Source of the DNA: Acidobacteriota bacterium
GTDB taxonomy: Bacteria; Acidobacteriota; UBA6911; RPQK01; JADFOI01
DNA length: 64,000 nucleotides
Assembly (NCBI GenBank): GCA_963663035.1
Contig: OY760074.1
Location: forward strand, 1,632,001-1,696,000
Direction: 5' to 3'
Shown: one piece after another, positions 18,823-29,295 of the stretch
How the letters are laid out: each line of letters begins with the position of its first letter
How positions within the stretch are numbered: the first letter of the stretch is position 1
Notes under the pieces: generated by a model
Told to the model about the DNA's origin: nothing
Databases searched by the model: none
Seen by the model: only the letters and a program-made list of their open reading frames with translations
Position numbers and translations under genes: made by a program

Positions 18823-19878
18823 ATGCCAAGAGCACATCATAAGAAGGTCAGAATCTCTTCCACCGGAATCTACCTGCCCGACACTGTTTATACCAATGAG
18901 CAAATTATTGAACGTATTAAAAAGACCATCAATAACCCTGAAGATCCACGTCTGCGCGACCTTGATGCAGAAAAAATTGTCGCAAATACGGGAATAACGA
19001 CGCGACGCTATGCGGATATGACAAGGGAAGACAATCCGGAAACGGCGGTCAATATGTCCTGCATAGCACTGAAGCAGGCTTTGAAACGCGCCCAATGGAA
19101 TGTGCTTGACCTGGAGTTCATCATCTTCGCTACAGTGAGTGTGGGCAATAACCCCGGTGATCATTTAATCCCCTCTGCAGGCTGCCATTTGCAGCAGGAA
19201 ATAGGGGCCTATAATGCGATGGCTTACGACTTAAAGGCGGCTTGTTCCGGCTGGGTTTATGGGATGGGTCAGGCCATCGCAAACATTGAAGCTGGATTGG
19301 CGGTAAAAGGCGCTGTCATCTCCACGGAAACACAGGAACGCGGGCTGGACTTTTCTGATCCTGCGTCATGCGTGCTGATGGGAGATGTAGCCACTGCAAC
19401 CTTAGTGGAGAAATCAGAGAACCCGGATGTCCTGTTTCTGAATCTGGAGGCAAACTCTAAACGGAATCTTAAGGATATTCTCAGGCTTAATGATGCAAAT
19501 GTCTACAATGACAAGGATTGTCTAACCAGACCAATCTTCAGATTAAAAGGGACAACGGTCTATAAAGAAGGTATCCGGCAGATGTCCAGGCTGGTTCGGG
19601 ACACACTTCAAGAAACCGGGCTGAGCATTGATGATGTCGATCATTTTATCTTCCATCAGGCCAACGGCTCCATGTTGAAACGTGTCGCCAAGATGACCGG
19701 AATCCCGGCTGAAAAGAACCTCATGAACATTCAAAAAATAGGGAACACCACATCGGGCACAATTCCGTCTGTCCTACATATGTATCTTGAAGACGGGACC
19801 ATTCAACGTCACCAGAAGGTTCTGTTTGTTTCCTTTGGCGGCGGCCTGACTTCCGGCGCTCTTTTGATGAATATCTAG
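18823..19878 (+). CDS. 3-oxoacyl-ACP synthase III family protein (FabH-like)
   Basis: Catalytic triad contexts AACSG, FHQAN and GNTTSG; FGGGLTSG. Confidence 0.92.
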   Translation: MPRAHHKKVRISSTGIYLPDTVYTNEQIIERIKKTINNPEDPRLRDLDAEKIVANTGITTRRYADMTREDNPETAVNMSCIALKQALKRAQWNVLDLEFIIFATVSVGNNPGDHLIPSAGCHLQQEIGAYNAMAYDLKAACSGWVYGMGQAIANIEAGLAVKGAVISTETQERGLDFSDPASCVLMGDVATATLVEKSENPDVLFLNLEANSKRNLKDILRLNDANVYNDKDCLTRPIFRLKGTTVYKEGIRQMSRLVRDTLQETGLSIDDVDHFIFHQANGSMLKRVAKMTGIPAEKNLMNIQKIGNTTSGTIPSVLHMYLEDGTIQRHQKVLFVSFGGGLTSGALLMNI

Positions 19879-19998
19879 CAGCTGACAACTGACACCTGAC
19901 ATAGGTTTTGGTAGCCTCAGACAGAGCCATACGGTATAGTGGGTACCACAAAGGGAGACTGCAGTAAGAATGTCGGTGAATTTCAAAGTGAGATGGTC

Positions 19999-20367
19999 AT
20001 GAAAACAAGGCTGGCTATCACTTTTTGCGGAGTAGTCCTCCTTCTCAGCGTTGGTTGTTCCACAGCAAAGAAAATAGGGACGTTGGGCATTTCAGATCTT
20101 ATAGACAAAATTTCTGTTCGGAGAAATCCGGCAGCTGGAGTCAGCATAAGAAAAATCAAAGACGCTAATCAGTATGATTTTTATATCGCTTTGTTAGATG
20201 AAGCTGGTGAACCATCCAGAACCTATATCGTCAAAGGCTTCAGGGAACAGGCCAAAGCTCAATTCTATTCAAACCTTAATTCTGTGGTCATCAATGATGA
20301 GGACGAGGCACTGTATGCCTTGGTTGTAGATAGAGACATTGAATATCGAAAACGTGTCGACGATTGA
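19999..20367 (+). CDS. Hypothetical lipoprotein
   Basis: MKTRLAITF...LSVGC lipobox. Confidence 0.6.
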   Translation: MKTRLAITFCGVVLLLSVGCSTAKKIGTLGISDLIDKISVRRNPAAGVSIRKIKDANQYDFYIALLDEAGEPSRTYIVKGFREQAKAQFYSNLNSVVINDEDEALYALVVDRDIEYRKRVDD

Positions 20368-20459
20368 GAATAAGATCTCAGCCGCTCTCTTCTCGCCTCC
20401 TTTCACTCTGTTTTAACAGAAAACAATCTGCAAGAATTGAACGCATCTTGAGCCAGGAA

Positions 20460-21203
20460 ATGAATTTTCAGCACAGAGGCTTGGTGCAGCAGGGATATCG
20501 CTATACGCCAGGGGAACTCCAGGAACTCGTTTGGGGTTTGGGATTCACGCCCTCTGCCTGCATGCTGGTAGCCCTTTACGGCCTGGCCACCCAACAAGCG
20601 TATGTCCATTTTACGATGGCGGCAGTGGGCATTCTTCCCTTTTGGTTCCCCGCTTCACACCCCTTCGATCTTTTCTACAACCATCTCCTGCGTCCGCTCT
20701 GGAACGGGGTAAGGTTGCCCCCCACTCCTCTTCCCCGAAGGATCGCCTGCTTCCTGGGTGGATCTATGAACCTCGGAATTGGCCTGGCTTTTGTTTATCA
20801 GTCGCCATTCGTGGCCTATGTTCTGGGGACTACACTGATCGCTTTGCAACTCGTTGTGATCACCACCAATTTTTGCCTCGCCGCCTGGATGTATGAGGGC
20901 TTGATGAAAACGATTGGAATGTGGACACCGCCCATTCCGGTTGAACAGGCGAAGGAACTCATCGACGGGGGCGCCCGCTTAATTGATGTCCGCAATCCAG
21001 AGGACTTTTCCAAAAAACACATTCCCGGTGCCATCAATTTACCGCTGGAGAAGTTGAATCAGCAGCTGGACGAACTCAGAGATCAGTGTGTTGTCCTCTA
21101 TTGCCAACGCGGTGTTCTCAGTCAGATAGCGGCCCGCAGCTTGAAAAGAAAAGGCTGCAGCAAGGTGTATAACCTGGGTGCCATGTCTCGCTGGCAGGAA
21201 TAG
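20460..21203 (+). CDS. DUF4395-like membrane domain fused to a rhodanese domain
   Basis: HPFDLFYN..., PRRIAC and TNFCLA, then IDVRNPEDF..HIPGAIN..LYCQRG. Confidence 0.75.
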   Translation: MNFQHRGLVQQGYRYTPGELQELVWGLGFTPSACMLVALYGLATQQAYVHFTMAAVGILPFWFPASHPFDLFYNHLLRPLWNGVRLPPTPLPRRIACFLGGSMNLGIGLAFVYQSPFVAYVLGTTLIALQLVVITTNFCLAAWMYEGLMKTIGMWTPPIPVEQAKELIDGGARLIDVRNPEDFSKKHIPGAINLPLEKLNQQLDELRDQCVVLYCQRGVLSQIAARSLKRKGCSKVYNLGAMSRWQE

Positions 21204-21205
21204 TA

Positions 21206-21285
21206 ACACCCACAGCTAGGGAGACTTCAATGGTCGGCACCACCATTGGTTCGAAGAACTCAAACGCCTGGTGCCGACCAACTGA
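21206..21285 (+). pseudogene. Deletion scar of a Ser/Thr kinase paralogue: leader and MVGTT fused to WFEELKRLVPTN-stop
   Basis: Matches both the 5' end (22346-22386) and the 3' end (25007-25045) of the neighbouring kinase gene. Confidence 0.8.
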
Positions 21286-21296
21286 AAGGCACACTG

Positions 21297-21983
21297 ATGG
21301 GTACGTCCGTTTCAGATCTCAATGTCAAACGGCTCATTCTGGTTCCGGCACTGATCACGCTGGCGGTCACGATTGCTCGCCTGGTGGGTGAGATAGCCGG
21401 CGGACCGTCGAGACTTTTCAACAGCGCAGCAGGTGGGGGAGGGGCGCTTGTGGGCATTGTGTGGCTCATTCCCATCTTTGGGATTTACTTTGGTGGCAAG
21501 CTGGTGCGTGGAGATCTTGCCCCGCAGAGCGTCGGAAAGGTGATCGGTTTCGCTGTGTTGGGTCTGGTAGTCGCAGGAGTGACTTTCGCTTCAGTGCCTG
21601 CTCTCACGACAGCTCTTCTTGGAAGCGGCCCCAGCCTGGGTAAAATGATCGTTCGCCCGCTAGGCCGCACCCTTGGCTACCTGCTTGCCGTCGTGATCTT
21701 ATACCGAGCCTGGCCCGCCTTTTTTAAAGTCATGCTCGGCTACGCTTTCGCGGCGCGTATTCCGGTCTTGATCGTGATGTTCACTGCGATGCTTGGGAAT
21801 TGGGGCACTCATTACGAACTGGGGCCTCCAGGAACCCCCGAAATGGGTTTCCTGCCGACATTTATTGTGATCGCGCTAATACCCCAGATGACTTTCTGGA
21901 TCATGGTAACCATGGTGTTCGGGACTCTGTTTGGTGGCCTGGCTGCTGCCGTGGTGCGGCGGGTGAACCGGATGGAACCGTAA
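21297..21983 (+). CDS. Hypothetical multi-pass membrane protein
   Basis: About six TM segments; ARIPV...NWGTHY motif. Confidence 0.75.
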   Translation: MGTSVSDLNVKRLILVPALITLAVTIARLVGEIAGGPSRLFNSAAGGGGALVGIVWLIPIFGIYFGGKLVRGDLAPQSVGKVIGFAVLGLVVAGVTFASVPALTTALLGSGPSLGKMIVRPLGRTLGYLLAVVILYRAWPAFFKVMLGYAFAARIPVLIVMFTAMLGNWGTHYELGPPGTPEMGFLPTFIVIALIPQMTFWIMVTMVFGTLFGGLAAAVVRRVNRMEP

Positions 21984-22014
21984 GCAGGCTAACACTTCAG
22001 GCGTTTCAAGGCAC

Positions 22015-22215
22015 CTAACCTCGAGTCAGCCTCTTTTTGGCTCGAGCCCATTGGCCCCTCAACCTGGCAAAGAAGCCTGTCCCACCAGAGGAGCAGCAGC
22101 GCTTATACTTGAGACCGCTACCACAGGGACAATCCTCGTTCCGCCCGACTTTGGTGACGTTTCTTGTGACCGTGCGGCGATGGATGCGGGTGGGCAGCTT
22201 GTTGCTGATGCGCAC
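22015..22215 (-). CDS. SEC-C motif small protein
   Basis: [20 protein letters not shown]. Confidence 0.75.
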   Translation of the reverse strand: MRISNKLPTRIHRRTVTRNVTKVGRNEDCPCGSGLKYKRCCSSGGTGFFARLRGQWARAKKRLTRG

Positions 22216-22369
22216 AATTTCATTTTATTCATTGACCTTGGCAGCCGTCAATTGACGGCCTCCAGCCCTGGATTCTGACTTCTCCTTCCTGAATGCCTTC
22301 TTCCCATTGCCTTCAGCCGCCTGAAGTTCTAATATCTACAAGAATCACACCCACTTGAGGGAGACTCCA

Positions 22370-25045
22370 ATGGTCGGCACCACCATCAGCCACTACAAAG
22401 TCCTAGAGAAGATCGGCCAGGGCGGCATGGGCGAGGTGTATCGGGCCGAGGACACGACTTTAAAGCGGGAAGTCGCCATCAAGGTCCTTCCTGAACAGTT
22501 CACGAAAGATCCTCAACGCTTAGCCAGATTTGAACGAGAGGCCCAGCTTCTTGCCCAGCTGAATCACCCCAACATCGCTGCCATCTATGGCCTGGAGGAG
22601 GCTGATGGTGTGCGCTTTCTTGCCCTGGAGCTGGTCCCAGGCGAAACCCTGCAAGAGCGTGTAGCCAGCGGCCCAGTCCCAGTCGAAGAAGCCCTGGAAG
22701 TTTGCCGCCAGATCGCCGAAGGCGTCGAAGCCGCTCATGAGAAGGGCGTCATCCACCGCGACTTGAAGCCTGCCAATGTAAAAGTCACACCAGAAGGCAG
22801 GGTCAAAATTCTCGACTTCGGTCTGGCCAAAGCGTTTGAGGCTGAGATTCCTGCTGCTGATATCTCACAATCACCTACCCTGACCGAGGAGATGACCAGG
22901 GCAGGAGTGATTTTGGGGACGGCTGCCTATATGAGCCCTGAGCAGGCCAAGGGGCAACCTGTTGATAAGAGGGCGGACATCTTTGCTTTTGGGGCTGTGC
23001 TTTATGAGCTGTTGACCGGGAAAAGGGCCTTTGAGGGGCAGACGATTACCGAAACCATTGCGGCTGTGCTCAAGAGTGAGCCGGACTGGAATGCACTGCC
23101 CACAACCACACCTTGGAGAATTCAAGACCTCTTGCGCCGATGCCTCCAGAAGGACGTTCATGATCGCCTCGACGGGGTAGCCAACTTACGAATTGAGATA
23201 AAGCTCGCACAAAGCGAACCCACAGCGGTAGCGCCGAGTGGGCTGGTCAGTGTCGTTCAGTTCCCCTTATGGAAGCGCATCGTTCCATGGAGTGTTACGG
23301 CGTTGATAGCCGTCATATCAATCATTACGGTGTGGAACTTGATACGTCCCGCACCGTCAGTGGTTACGACGTTGTCCATTGTGACACCAACGACTACGCC
23401 TGTGGCCTCTACTCGGCACAACGACGTCGCGATTTCTCCGGACGGAAGACACATTGTTTTCCGGGGTTCTCAGGAAGGTAGCAGTCAACTCTATGTGCGT
23501 TCCCTGAGTGCTCTGGAGGCCGACCCTATTTCTGAAACCGAAGGTGTAAATCGAGAATTCTTCTTCTCGCCTGACAGCCAGTGGGTGGTGTTTGTGGTGG
23601 ATGGCAAGCAAAAAAAGGTGTCGATTTCGGGAGGAGCGCCAGTAACCCTTTGCGATGCACCCTTTCAGGAGGGTGGGTATTGGGGCCCCGATGATGTGAT
23701 TGTGTTTGCTGACGGAGCTGCTGGTGATACAAATCTCCTTCGTGTGTCCGCCAACGGAGGCCAACCGGAAATTCTAGCGAAGCCGGACCACGCTAAGGGT
23801 GAGCTCGAGTATCAACACCCCGAGATTCTTCCTGACGGCAATACTCTGCTCTTTGACATCAGCCATGGAGTAAGTGAGTACCAGATCGCGGCCCTGTCAC
23901 TTGAGACAGGTGAACAGAAAATCCTAGTCGAGGCTGGTCAAAGTCCCCACTACGTTTCCACAGGACATTTGGTTTACGCACTGGTTGGAACGGGAACCCT
24001 AATGGCTGCGCCCTTTGACCTCGACAAGGTTGAGATAACAGGTGGCGCAATACCCATTCTTGAGGGAGTCAGCCATACCTCAGGAGTACTCGAAGGTAAT
24101 GTGGACTATAGCTTTTCCACCAACGGGTCCTTGGTGTACGTAGCTGGTGGCGGTGGCGGGGAGAGCACCGTGGTCTGGGTCGATCGAGAGGGGAACAGCG
24201 AGCCGCTTTTGGACACACCCGATGCATACAGCGTGCTACGGCTCTCACCTGACGGACAACACCTGGCCGTGGGTAATGACGAGGGTGGAGGAGACGTCTG
24301 GACTTATGATTTGGTTCGTGGTGTCCTGAGCCGGCTGACGTTCCATGCAGGGTGGGACCGGAGTCCAGCCTGGACACCTGACAGCCAGCGGATTGTGTTT
24401 AATTCAGCCCGAGGCGGTAGCTCAGGAACTCTTTTCTGGAAGGCGGCGGATGGAAGCGGCGAGACAGAGCAACTCACCAGCGGTGGTGCGGGTCAGCAGG
24501 TGCCTTTCTCCTTTACACCCGACGCTAAGGTCTTGGCGTTCGTCGAACCAAATCCAGAGACTGGATGGGATATTTGGACGTTGCAGCTTGATGGTGATCG
24601 CACGCCCGAGCAATTTCTTCGCACAGATGCCAATGAAAATGGGCCTGCTTTTTCCCCGGACGGTCGCTGGATTGCTTATGAATCCGATGAATCTGGTCAG
24701 AATGAGATCTACGTACGGCCTTTTCCGGCCTCAGCTAGCAAAAGTCAAATTTCCACTGGAGGCGGTGAAACACCACGGTGGGCACCGGATGGCAGTGAGC
24801 TGTTCTACCTTGAGGAAGACAGGATGATGTCAGTGCCAGTGACGATTGGAGATTCCTTCCAGCCGGGCACTCCTAGTGTCTTGTTCACCCACGATAATCC
24901 CTCGGGCCCTCCTCCAGCCTACTCCGTGTCTCCCGATGGTCAACGGTTCGTGATGCTCCAACCCAGCGAACAGGAGACACCAGGACAAATCAACGTCATC
25001 CTCAACTGGTTTGAAGAACTGAAGCGCCTGGTGCCCACGGAGTAG
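22370..25045 (+). CDS. Serine/threonine protein kinase with a TM helix and TolB-like (PD40) beta-propeller
   Basis: GQGGMGEVY, VAIK, HRDLKPAN, DFGLAK and GTAAYMSPEQ; repeated SPDG units. Confidence 0.95.
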   Translation: MVGTTISHYKVLEKIGQGGMGEVYRAEDTTLKREVAIKVLPEQFTKDPQRLARFEREAQLLAQLNHPNIAAIYGLEEADGVRFLALELVPGETLQERVASGPVPVEEALEVCRQIAEGVEAAHEKGVIHRDLKPANVKVTPEGRVKILDFGLAKAFEAEIPAADISQSPTLTEEMTRAGVILGTAAYMSPEQAKGQPVDKRADIFAFGAVLYELLTGKRAFEGQTITETIAAVLKSEPDWNALPTTTPWRIQDLLRRCLQKDVHDRLDGVANLRIEIKLAQSEPTAVAPSGLVSVVQFPLWKRIVPWSVTALIAVISIITVWNLIRPAPSVVTTLSIVTPTTTPVASTRHNDVAISPDGRHIVFRGSQEGSSQLYVRSLSALEADPISETEGVNREFFFSPDSQWVVFVVDGKQKKVSISGGAPVTLCDAPFQEGGYWGPDDVIVFADGAAGDTNLLRVSANGGQPEILAKPDHAKGELEYQHPEILPDGNTLLFDISHGVSEYQIAALSLETGEQKILVEAGQSPHYVSTGHLVYALVGTGTLMAAPFDLDKVEITGGAIPILEGVSHTSGVLEGNVDYSFSTNGSLVYVAGGGGGESTVVWVDREGNSEPLLDTPDAYSVLRLSPDGQHLAVGNDEGGGDVWTYDLVRGVLSRLTFHAGWDRSPAWTPDSQRIVFNSARGGSSGTLFWKAADGSGETEQLTSGGAGQQVPFSFTPDAKVLAFVEPNPETGWDIWTLQLDGDRTPEQFLRTDANENGPAFSPDGRWIAYESDESGQNEIYVRPFPASASKSQISTGGGETPRWAPDGSELFYLEEDRMMSVPVTIGDSFQPGTPSVLFTHDNPSGPPPAYSVSPDGQRFVMLQPSEQETPGQINVILNWFEELKRLVPTE

Positions 25046-25207
25046 TGGTGCGGATTCGGCACCTGAGGTGCCTCCCACGCTCAGGGAAATATGAGGCAAT
25101 TCGACAGCTTGTGTTTTGGCTATGGAGGCACTATGATGAGCTATTCTCAAAGTCAATGACTAAGACTCTGCATTAGTACACTTTTAAATCGAACAGGAGG
25201 TCCCACT

Positions 25208-27229
25208 ATGAGTACCAATCAATTCATCACCAGGTCTTGCTTTACGGCCATGGCCATGCTTCTTTTTTTCCCGCTCACTGCCTCTTTGGCTCAGCAGCTT
25301 CCCCCTCAGGTCGAGGAAATGGGGTATGCCGATACCGTCTTTATCAACGGGAAGGTTGTGAGCATGGATGATGCCTCCAACTCCACGCAGGTGGGGAATA
25401 GCTACCAGGCTATTGCTGTGAAAGGCAACAAGATCATGAAGCTGGGAACCAACCAAGAGGTTCAAGTCTTGGCCGGCCGCATCACCACGGTTTTCGATCT
25501 AGATGGACGGACCCTGATTCCCGGCATCATCGAGCCCCACCGGCATATTTATGGAAATGCTCTGCGGTGGGCCGACCGCGTCGGCTTGCAATTCCCGCCA
25601 GATGGAGTCACCTTCGTGACAGCCCAGGCGGACCGGGACCTGGAAAAGACCCAGGCTGTAATCCGGGACACTCTCCAGGAGGCCGTCAGGAATGCAAACC
25701 CAGGGGATTGGATTGTACTCAATATGCGGCCCTATCCGGAGACCCCGGGAAGGCTTCAATTCTGGGGCATGACCCGACGCCTGACCAATCGTCGAACCCT
25801 TGACCTGTGGACGCCGGATAATCCAGTTCTGATGCGCCCGGGTCTGAGAGGCAATATCAATTCCGCGGCGTTGGAGATCCTAGACGAATTTTTGCCAGGC
25901 TACTCCGACTCCATTCAGGAGACCATGCATGGAGTGGACATCGGGGAGGACATCCCTGAACTGGGCTGGGTGGGGAGCCAGGAGATGGCTGTGATCACCT
26001 GGGAGCTCTTTTTGGAAGACGTCGAGCCCAACATTCTGGCTCAAATGCTCAAGCTGGAATCGGAAGCCTGGGCTTCCCTGGGAGTCACGACCTGGGGCAC
26101 CCGCCTTCCCTTCCCCAAGGTGATGACCGGATACGCCAAGCTGGTCGAACTGGGCCAGATGCCCATTCGTCTCAATGCCCACTACGAAGTGCACCGGATG
26201 CCCACTGACCCACAGCAGACTCGGCAATTGTACCGGCGTACCGGGGTACTGCAAGGCATCGGAAATGACTACATGTGGATTGATGGAGTCGCTTCGGAAC
26301 GGTGGGATTCCCATTATCCGGAGGCCTGCACCGGGCCCGATACCAACGCACCGGCTCACATGAAAGCCCGTGAAACCTGTCCTCACGAGGGTGATCTGCA
26401 TTGGGATACGCTTGCAAACGCCATCAAGGCGGGATGGAGAATCGCCGGAGTGCACACCTGTGGAAGCGAAAGCTTGAGGCGTTTCATCCAGATGATTGAT
26501 CAGGCAAGGGCAGAGGCGGGGATGACGGTTCAACAAATCCACGATCAGCACTTCTCCCTGGAGCACTGTGATCTGATTGGAAAACAACCCGATGTGATCG
26601 ATAAGATCAAACGGTATGGGATTATCCTGAGCTGCGGTCCCGATTACATTCGAGACTGGCGCAACTGGATCAAAGACTATGGGCCTCAAACTCCCAATAT
26701 CGAGGACTTTATGAGCCCCTTTAAAACCTGGATAGAAGAAGGAATCCAGTTGGTGGGACAACACTACGGTGCGGGTGCGTTTCGGTCCGGAGGAGGAGGA
26801 AATACCGTAGGAGACGGATTGCAGCCCCCCTTCTTCATGCTGTGGCAGGCCATTACCAGAGAGTTTGACGGAAAAGTGTGGCAAGCGGACGAGCGCATTG
26901 ACCGGGTGCACGCCTTGAAGATGTGGACTCGATGGGCGGCCGAGTACGTCCGCCATCCGGATCAACTGGGATCACTGGAAGAAGGCAAATGGGCTGATCT
27001 CCTGGTGATTGACCGGGATTACTTTACGATTCCAGTAGACGACATCCTCAAGATCCGGCCGCTCATGACCATGGTGGGGGGCAAGATTGAGGCACTGCAG
27101 TCCCCCCTGGCAAACGAGTGGGGTGTGGGTGCAGTAGGACATGAGTATAGCTTTGAGGACAGTGAGCTCGAGTGGATCGGCAAGCCCATCACGGAAGATG
27201 GAAAGAGAGAAGCCGGCCTCCTCGACTGA
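25208..27229 (+). CDS. Secreted amidohydrolase family 3 protein (YtcJ-like), copy 1
   Basis: Signal peptide; ADTVFINGKV, DLDGRTLIPGIIEPHRH and GSLEEGKWADLLVIDRD. Confidence 0.88.
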   Translation: MSTNQFITRSCFTAMAMLLFFPLTASLAQQLPPQVEEMGYADTVFINGKVVSMDDASNSTQVGNSYQAIAVKGNKIMKLGTNQEVQVLAGRITTVFDLDGRTLIPGIIEPHRHIYGNALRWADRVGLQFPPDGVTFVTAQADRDLEKTQAVIRDTLQEAVRNANPGDWIVLNMRPYPETPGRLQFWGMTRRLTNRRTLDLWTPDNPVLMRPGLRGNINSAALEILDEFLPGYSDSIQETMHGVDIGEDIPELGWVGSQEMAVITWELFLEDVEPNILAQMLKLESEAWASLGVTTWGTRLPFPKVMTGYAKLVELGQMPIRLNAHYEVHRMPTDPQQTRQLYRRTGVLQGIGNDYMWIDGVASERWDSHYPEACTGPDTNAPAHMKARETCPHEGDLHWDTLANAIKAGWRIAGVHTCGSESLRRFIQMIDQARAEAGMTVQQIHDQHFSLEHCDLIGKQPDVIDKIKRYGIILSCGPDYIRDWRNWIKDYGPQTPNIEDFMSPFKTWIEEGIQLVGQHYGAGAFRSGGGGNTVGDGLQPPFFMLWQAITREFDGKVWQADERIDRVHALKMWTRWAAEYVRHPDQLGSLEEGKWADLLVIDRDYFTIPVDDILKIRPLMTMVGGKIEALQSPLANEWGVGAVGHEYSFEDSELEWIGKPITEDGKREAGLLD

Positions 27230-27273
27230 GGGTCCGGATTCGTACATTTTTAGATGGAACAGGAGGCCCCTTT

Positions 27274-29271
27274 ATGAGTACTCATCCATTCATCACCAGG
27301 TCTTGCTTTACGGCCATAGCCATGCTTCTTTTCTTCCCCTTCACGGACTCTCTGGCTCAGCAGCTGCCTCCCGAGGTGGAAAACTTCGGTTTTGCCGACA
27401 CCGTCTTTATCAATGGGAAGATTGTGAGCATGGACGATGCTTCCAACTCGACCGACGTCGGCAGCGTCTACCAAGCTATGGCGGTCAAAGGCGACAAGAT
27501 CCTGAAGCTGGGGTCCAACCAGGAAGTTCAATCTCTGTCCGGTCGCATCACCAGAGTTTTTGATTTGGCGGGACGCACCATGATCCCTGGTATTGTGGAA
27601 AGCCATGAACATATCTATGGGAGGGCTCTGCGCTGGGCCGATCGCGTCGGCTTCAAATACCCCCCGGATGGAGTCACTTTCGTCGAGACCCGGGCGGAAC
27701 GAGACCTGGAAAACACCCAGGGTGCTCTTCGCGACGCCCTCACAAAGGCTGTGAATGAAGTTGACAAAGGGGATTGGATTGTCCTGAGCATGCAACCCCA
27801 TCCGGAGACCCCGGATAATCTTCGATTGTGGGGCTGGACCCGACGCCTGACCAATCGTCAAACGCTTGATCAGTGGGCTCCCGATCACCCCGTTCTCATT
27901 CGTCCGGGTGCCAGAGGCAATATCAATACCAAAGCCTTGGAGATCCTCGACGAATTCCTGCCCGGCTATTCCGACTCCATCCAGGAGACCATGCATGGCG
28001 TGGACATCGGTGAGGACATCCCTTCCATCGGGTGGGTGGGAAGCCAGGAGATGGCTGTCATTACCTGGGAGCTCTTTCTGGAAAACGTCGAGCCCAACAC
28101 GCTGGCACAGATGCTCCAGCTGGAGTCGGAATCCTGGGCCGCCTTGGGAGTCACCACCTGGGGAACGCGTATTCCCTTTCCCAAGGTCATGACCGGATAC
28201 GCCAAGCTGGTCGAACTGGGCCAGATGCCCATTCGTCTCAACGCCCACTACGAAGTGCACCGAATGCCCACCGACCCACAGCAGACTCGGCAATTGTACC
28301 GGCGTACGGGTGTGCTGCAAGGGCTAGGAGGCGACTACATGTGGATTGATGGAGTGGCCTCGGAACGGTGGGATTCCCATTATCCGGAGGCCTGCACGGG
28401 GCCCGACACCAGCGCGCCGGCTCACTTGAAGGAGCGTGAGTCCTGTCCTCACGAGGGTGATCTCCATTGGGATACGCTTGCAAACGCGATCAAGGCCGGA
28501 TGGAGAGTCGCCGGAGTGCACACCTGTGGAAGCGAAAGTTTCAGGGCTTTTATCCAGATGATTGATCAGGCACGGGCAGAAACCGGAATGACGGTTCAGC
28601 AGATCCACGATCAGCACTTCTCCCTGGAGCACTGTGATCTGATCGGAAAACAACCCGATGTGATCGATAAGCTCATCCGATATGGGATTATTCTCAGCTG
28701 CGGTCCCAACTACGTTCGGGAATTTCGTGCCTGGATCAAAGACTATGGGCCTCAAACTCCCAATATCGAGGACTTTTTCATCCCCTTTAAAACCTGGATC
28801 GAATCAGGAGTCCGGCTGGTGGGTCAGCACTACGGTGCAGGAGCCACTAGCAGCTCTGAGTTCAAGCCGCCCTTTTTCATCATCTGGCAGGCCATTACCA
28901 GGAAGTTTGACGGGAAAGTGTGGCAGCCCGAGGAGCGCATTGACCGGGTGCATGCCTTGAAGATGTGGACTCGATGGGCGGCCGAGTACGTCCGCCATCC
29001 GGATCAACTGGGTTCGCTGGAAGAAGGCAAATGGGCTGATCTGTTGGTGATTGACCGGGATTACTTTACGATTCCAGAGGACGACATCCTCAAAATCCGG
29101 CCGCTCATGACCATGGTGGGGGGCAAGATGGGGGCACTGCAGCCTTCCCTGGCAAACGAGTGGGGTGTGGAGGCGGTCGGGCATGAGTATAACTTTGACG
29201 ACAGTCAGCTCGACTGGATCGGCCAGCCTTTTACGGACGAAGGAAAAAGAGAAGCCGGCCTCCTGGACTGA
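27274..29271 (+). CDS. Secreted amidohydrolase family 3 protein, copy 2 (tandem paralogue)
   Basis: Long stretches identical to copy 1; same gaacaggagg RBS context; start at ATG 27274. Confidence 0.88.
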   Translation: MSTHPFITRSCFTAIAMLLFFPFTDSLAQQLPPEVENFGFADTVFINGKIVSMDDASNSTDVGSVYQAMAVKGDKILKLGSNQEVQSLSGRITRVFDLAGRTMIPGIVESHEHIYGRALRWADRVGFKYPPDGVTFVETRAERDLENTQGALRDALTKAVNEVDKGDWIVLSMQPHPETPDNLRLWGWTRRLTNRQTLDQWAPDHPVLIRPGARGNINTKALEILDEFLPGYSDSIQETMHGVDIGEDIPSIGWVGSQEMAVITWELFLENVEPNTLAQMLQLESESWAALGVTTWGTRIPFPKVMTGYAKLVELGQMPIRLNAHYEVHRMPTDPQQTRQLYRRTGVLQGLGGDYMWIDGVASERWDSHYPEACTGPDTSAPAHLKERESCPHEGDLHWDTLANAIKAGWRVAGVHTCGSESFRAFIQMIDQARAETGMTVQQIHDQHFSLEHCDLIGKQPDVIDKLIRYGIILSCGPNYVREFRAWIKDYGPQTPNIEDFFIPFKTWIESGVRLVGQHYGAGATSSSEFKPPFFIIWQAITRKFDGKVWQPEERIDRVHALKMWTRWAAEYVRHPDQLGSLEEGKWADLLVIDRDYFTIPEDDILKIRPLMTMVGGKMGALQPSLANEWGVEAVGHEYNFDDSQLDWIGQPFTDEGKREAGLLD

Positions 29272-29295
29272 GAGTCGCTGCTCTCCCCGTTGGAC

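Noticed and set aside
25880-28320. Long antisense ORFs (361 and 356 aa) and similar shadows over katG, the helicase and IS256
   Set aside because: Reverse-frame shadows of well-supported genes with no recognisable motifs
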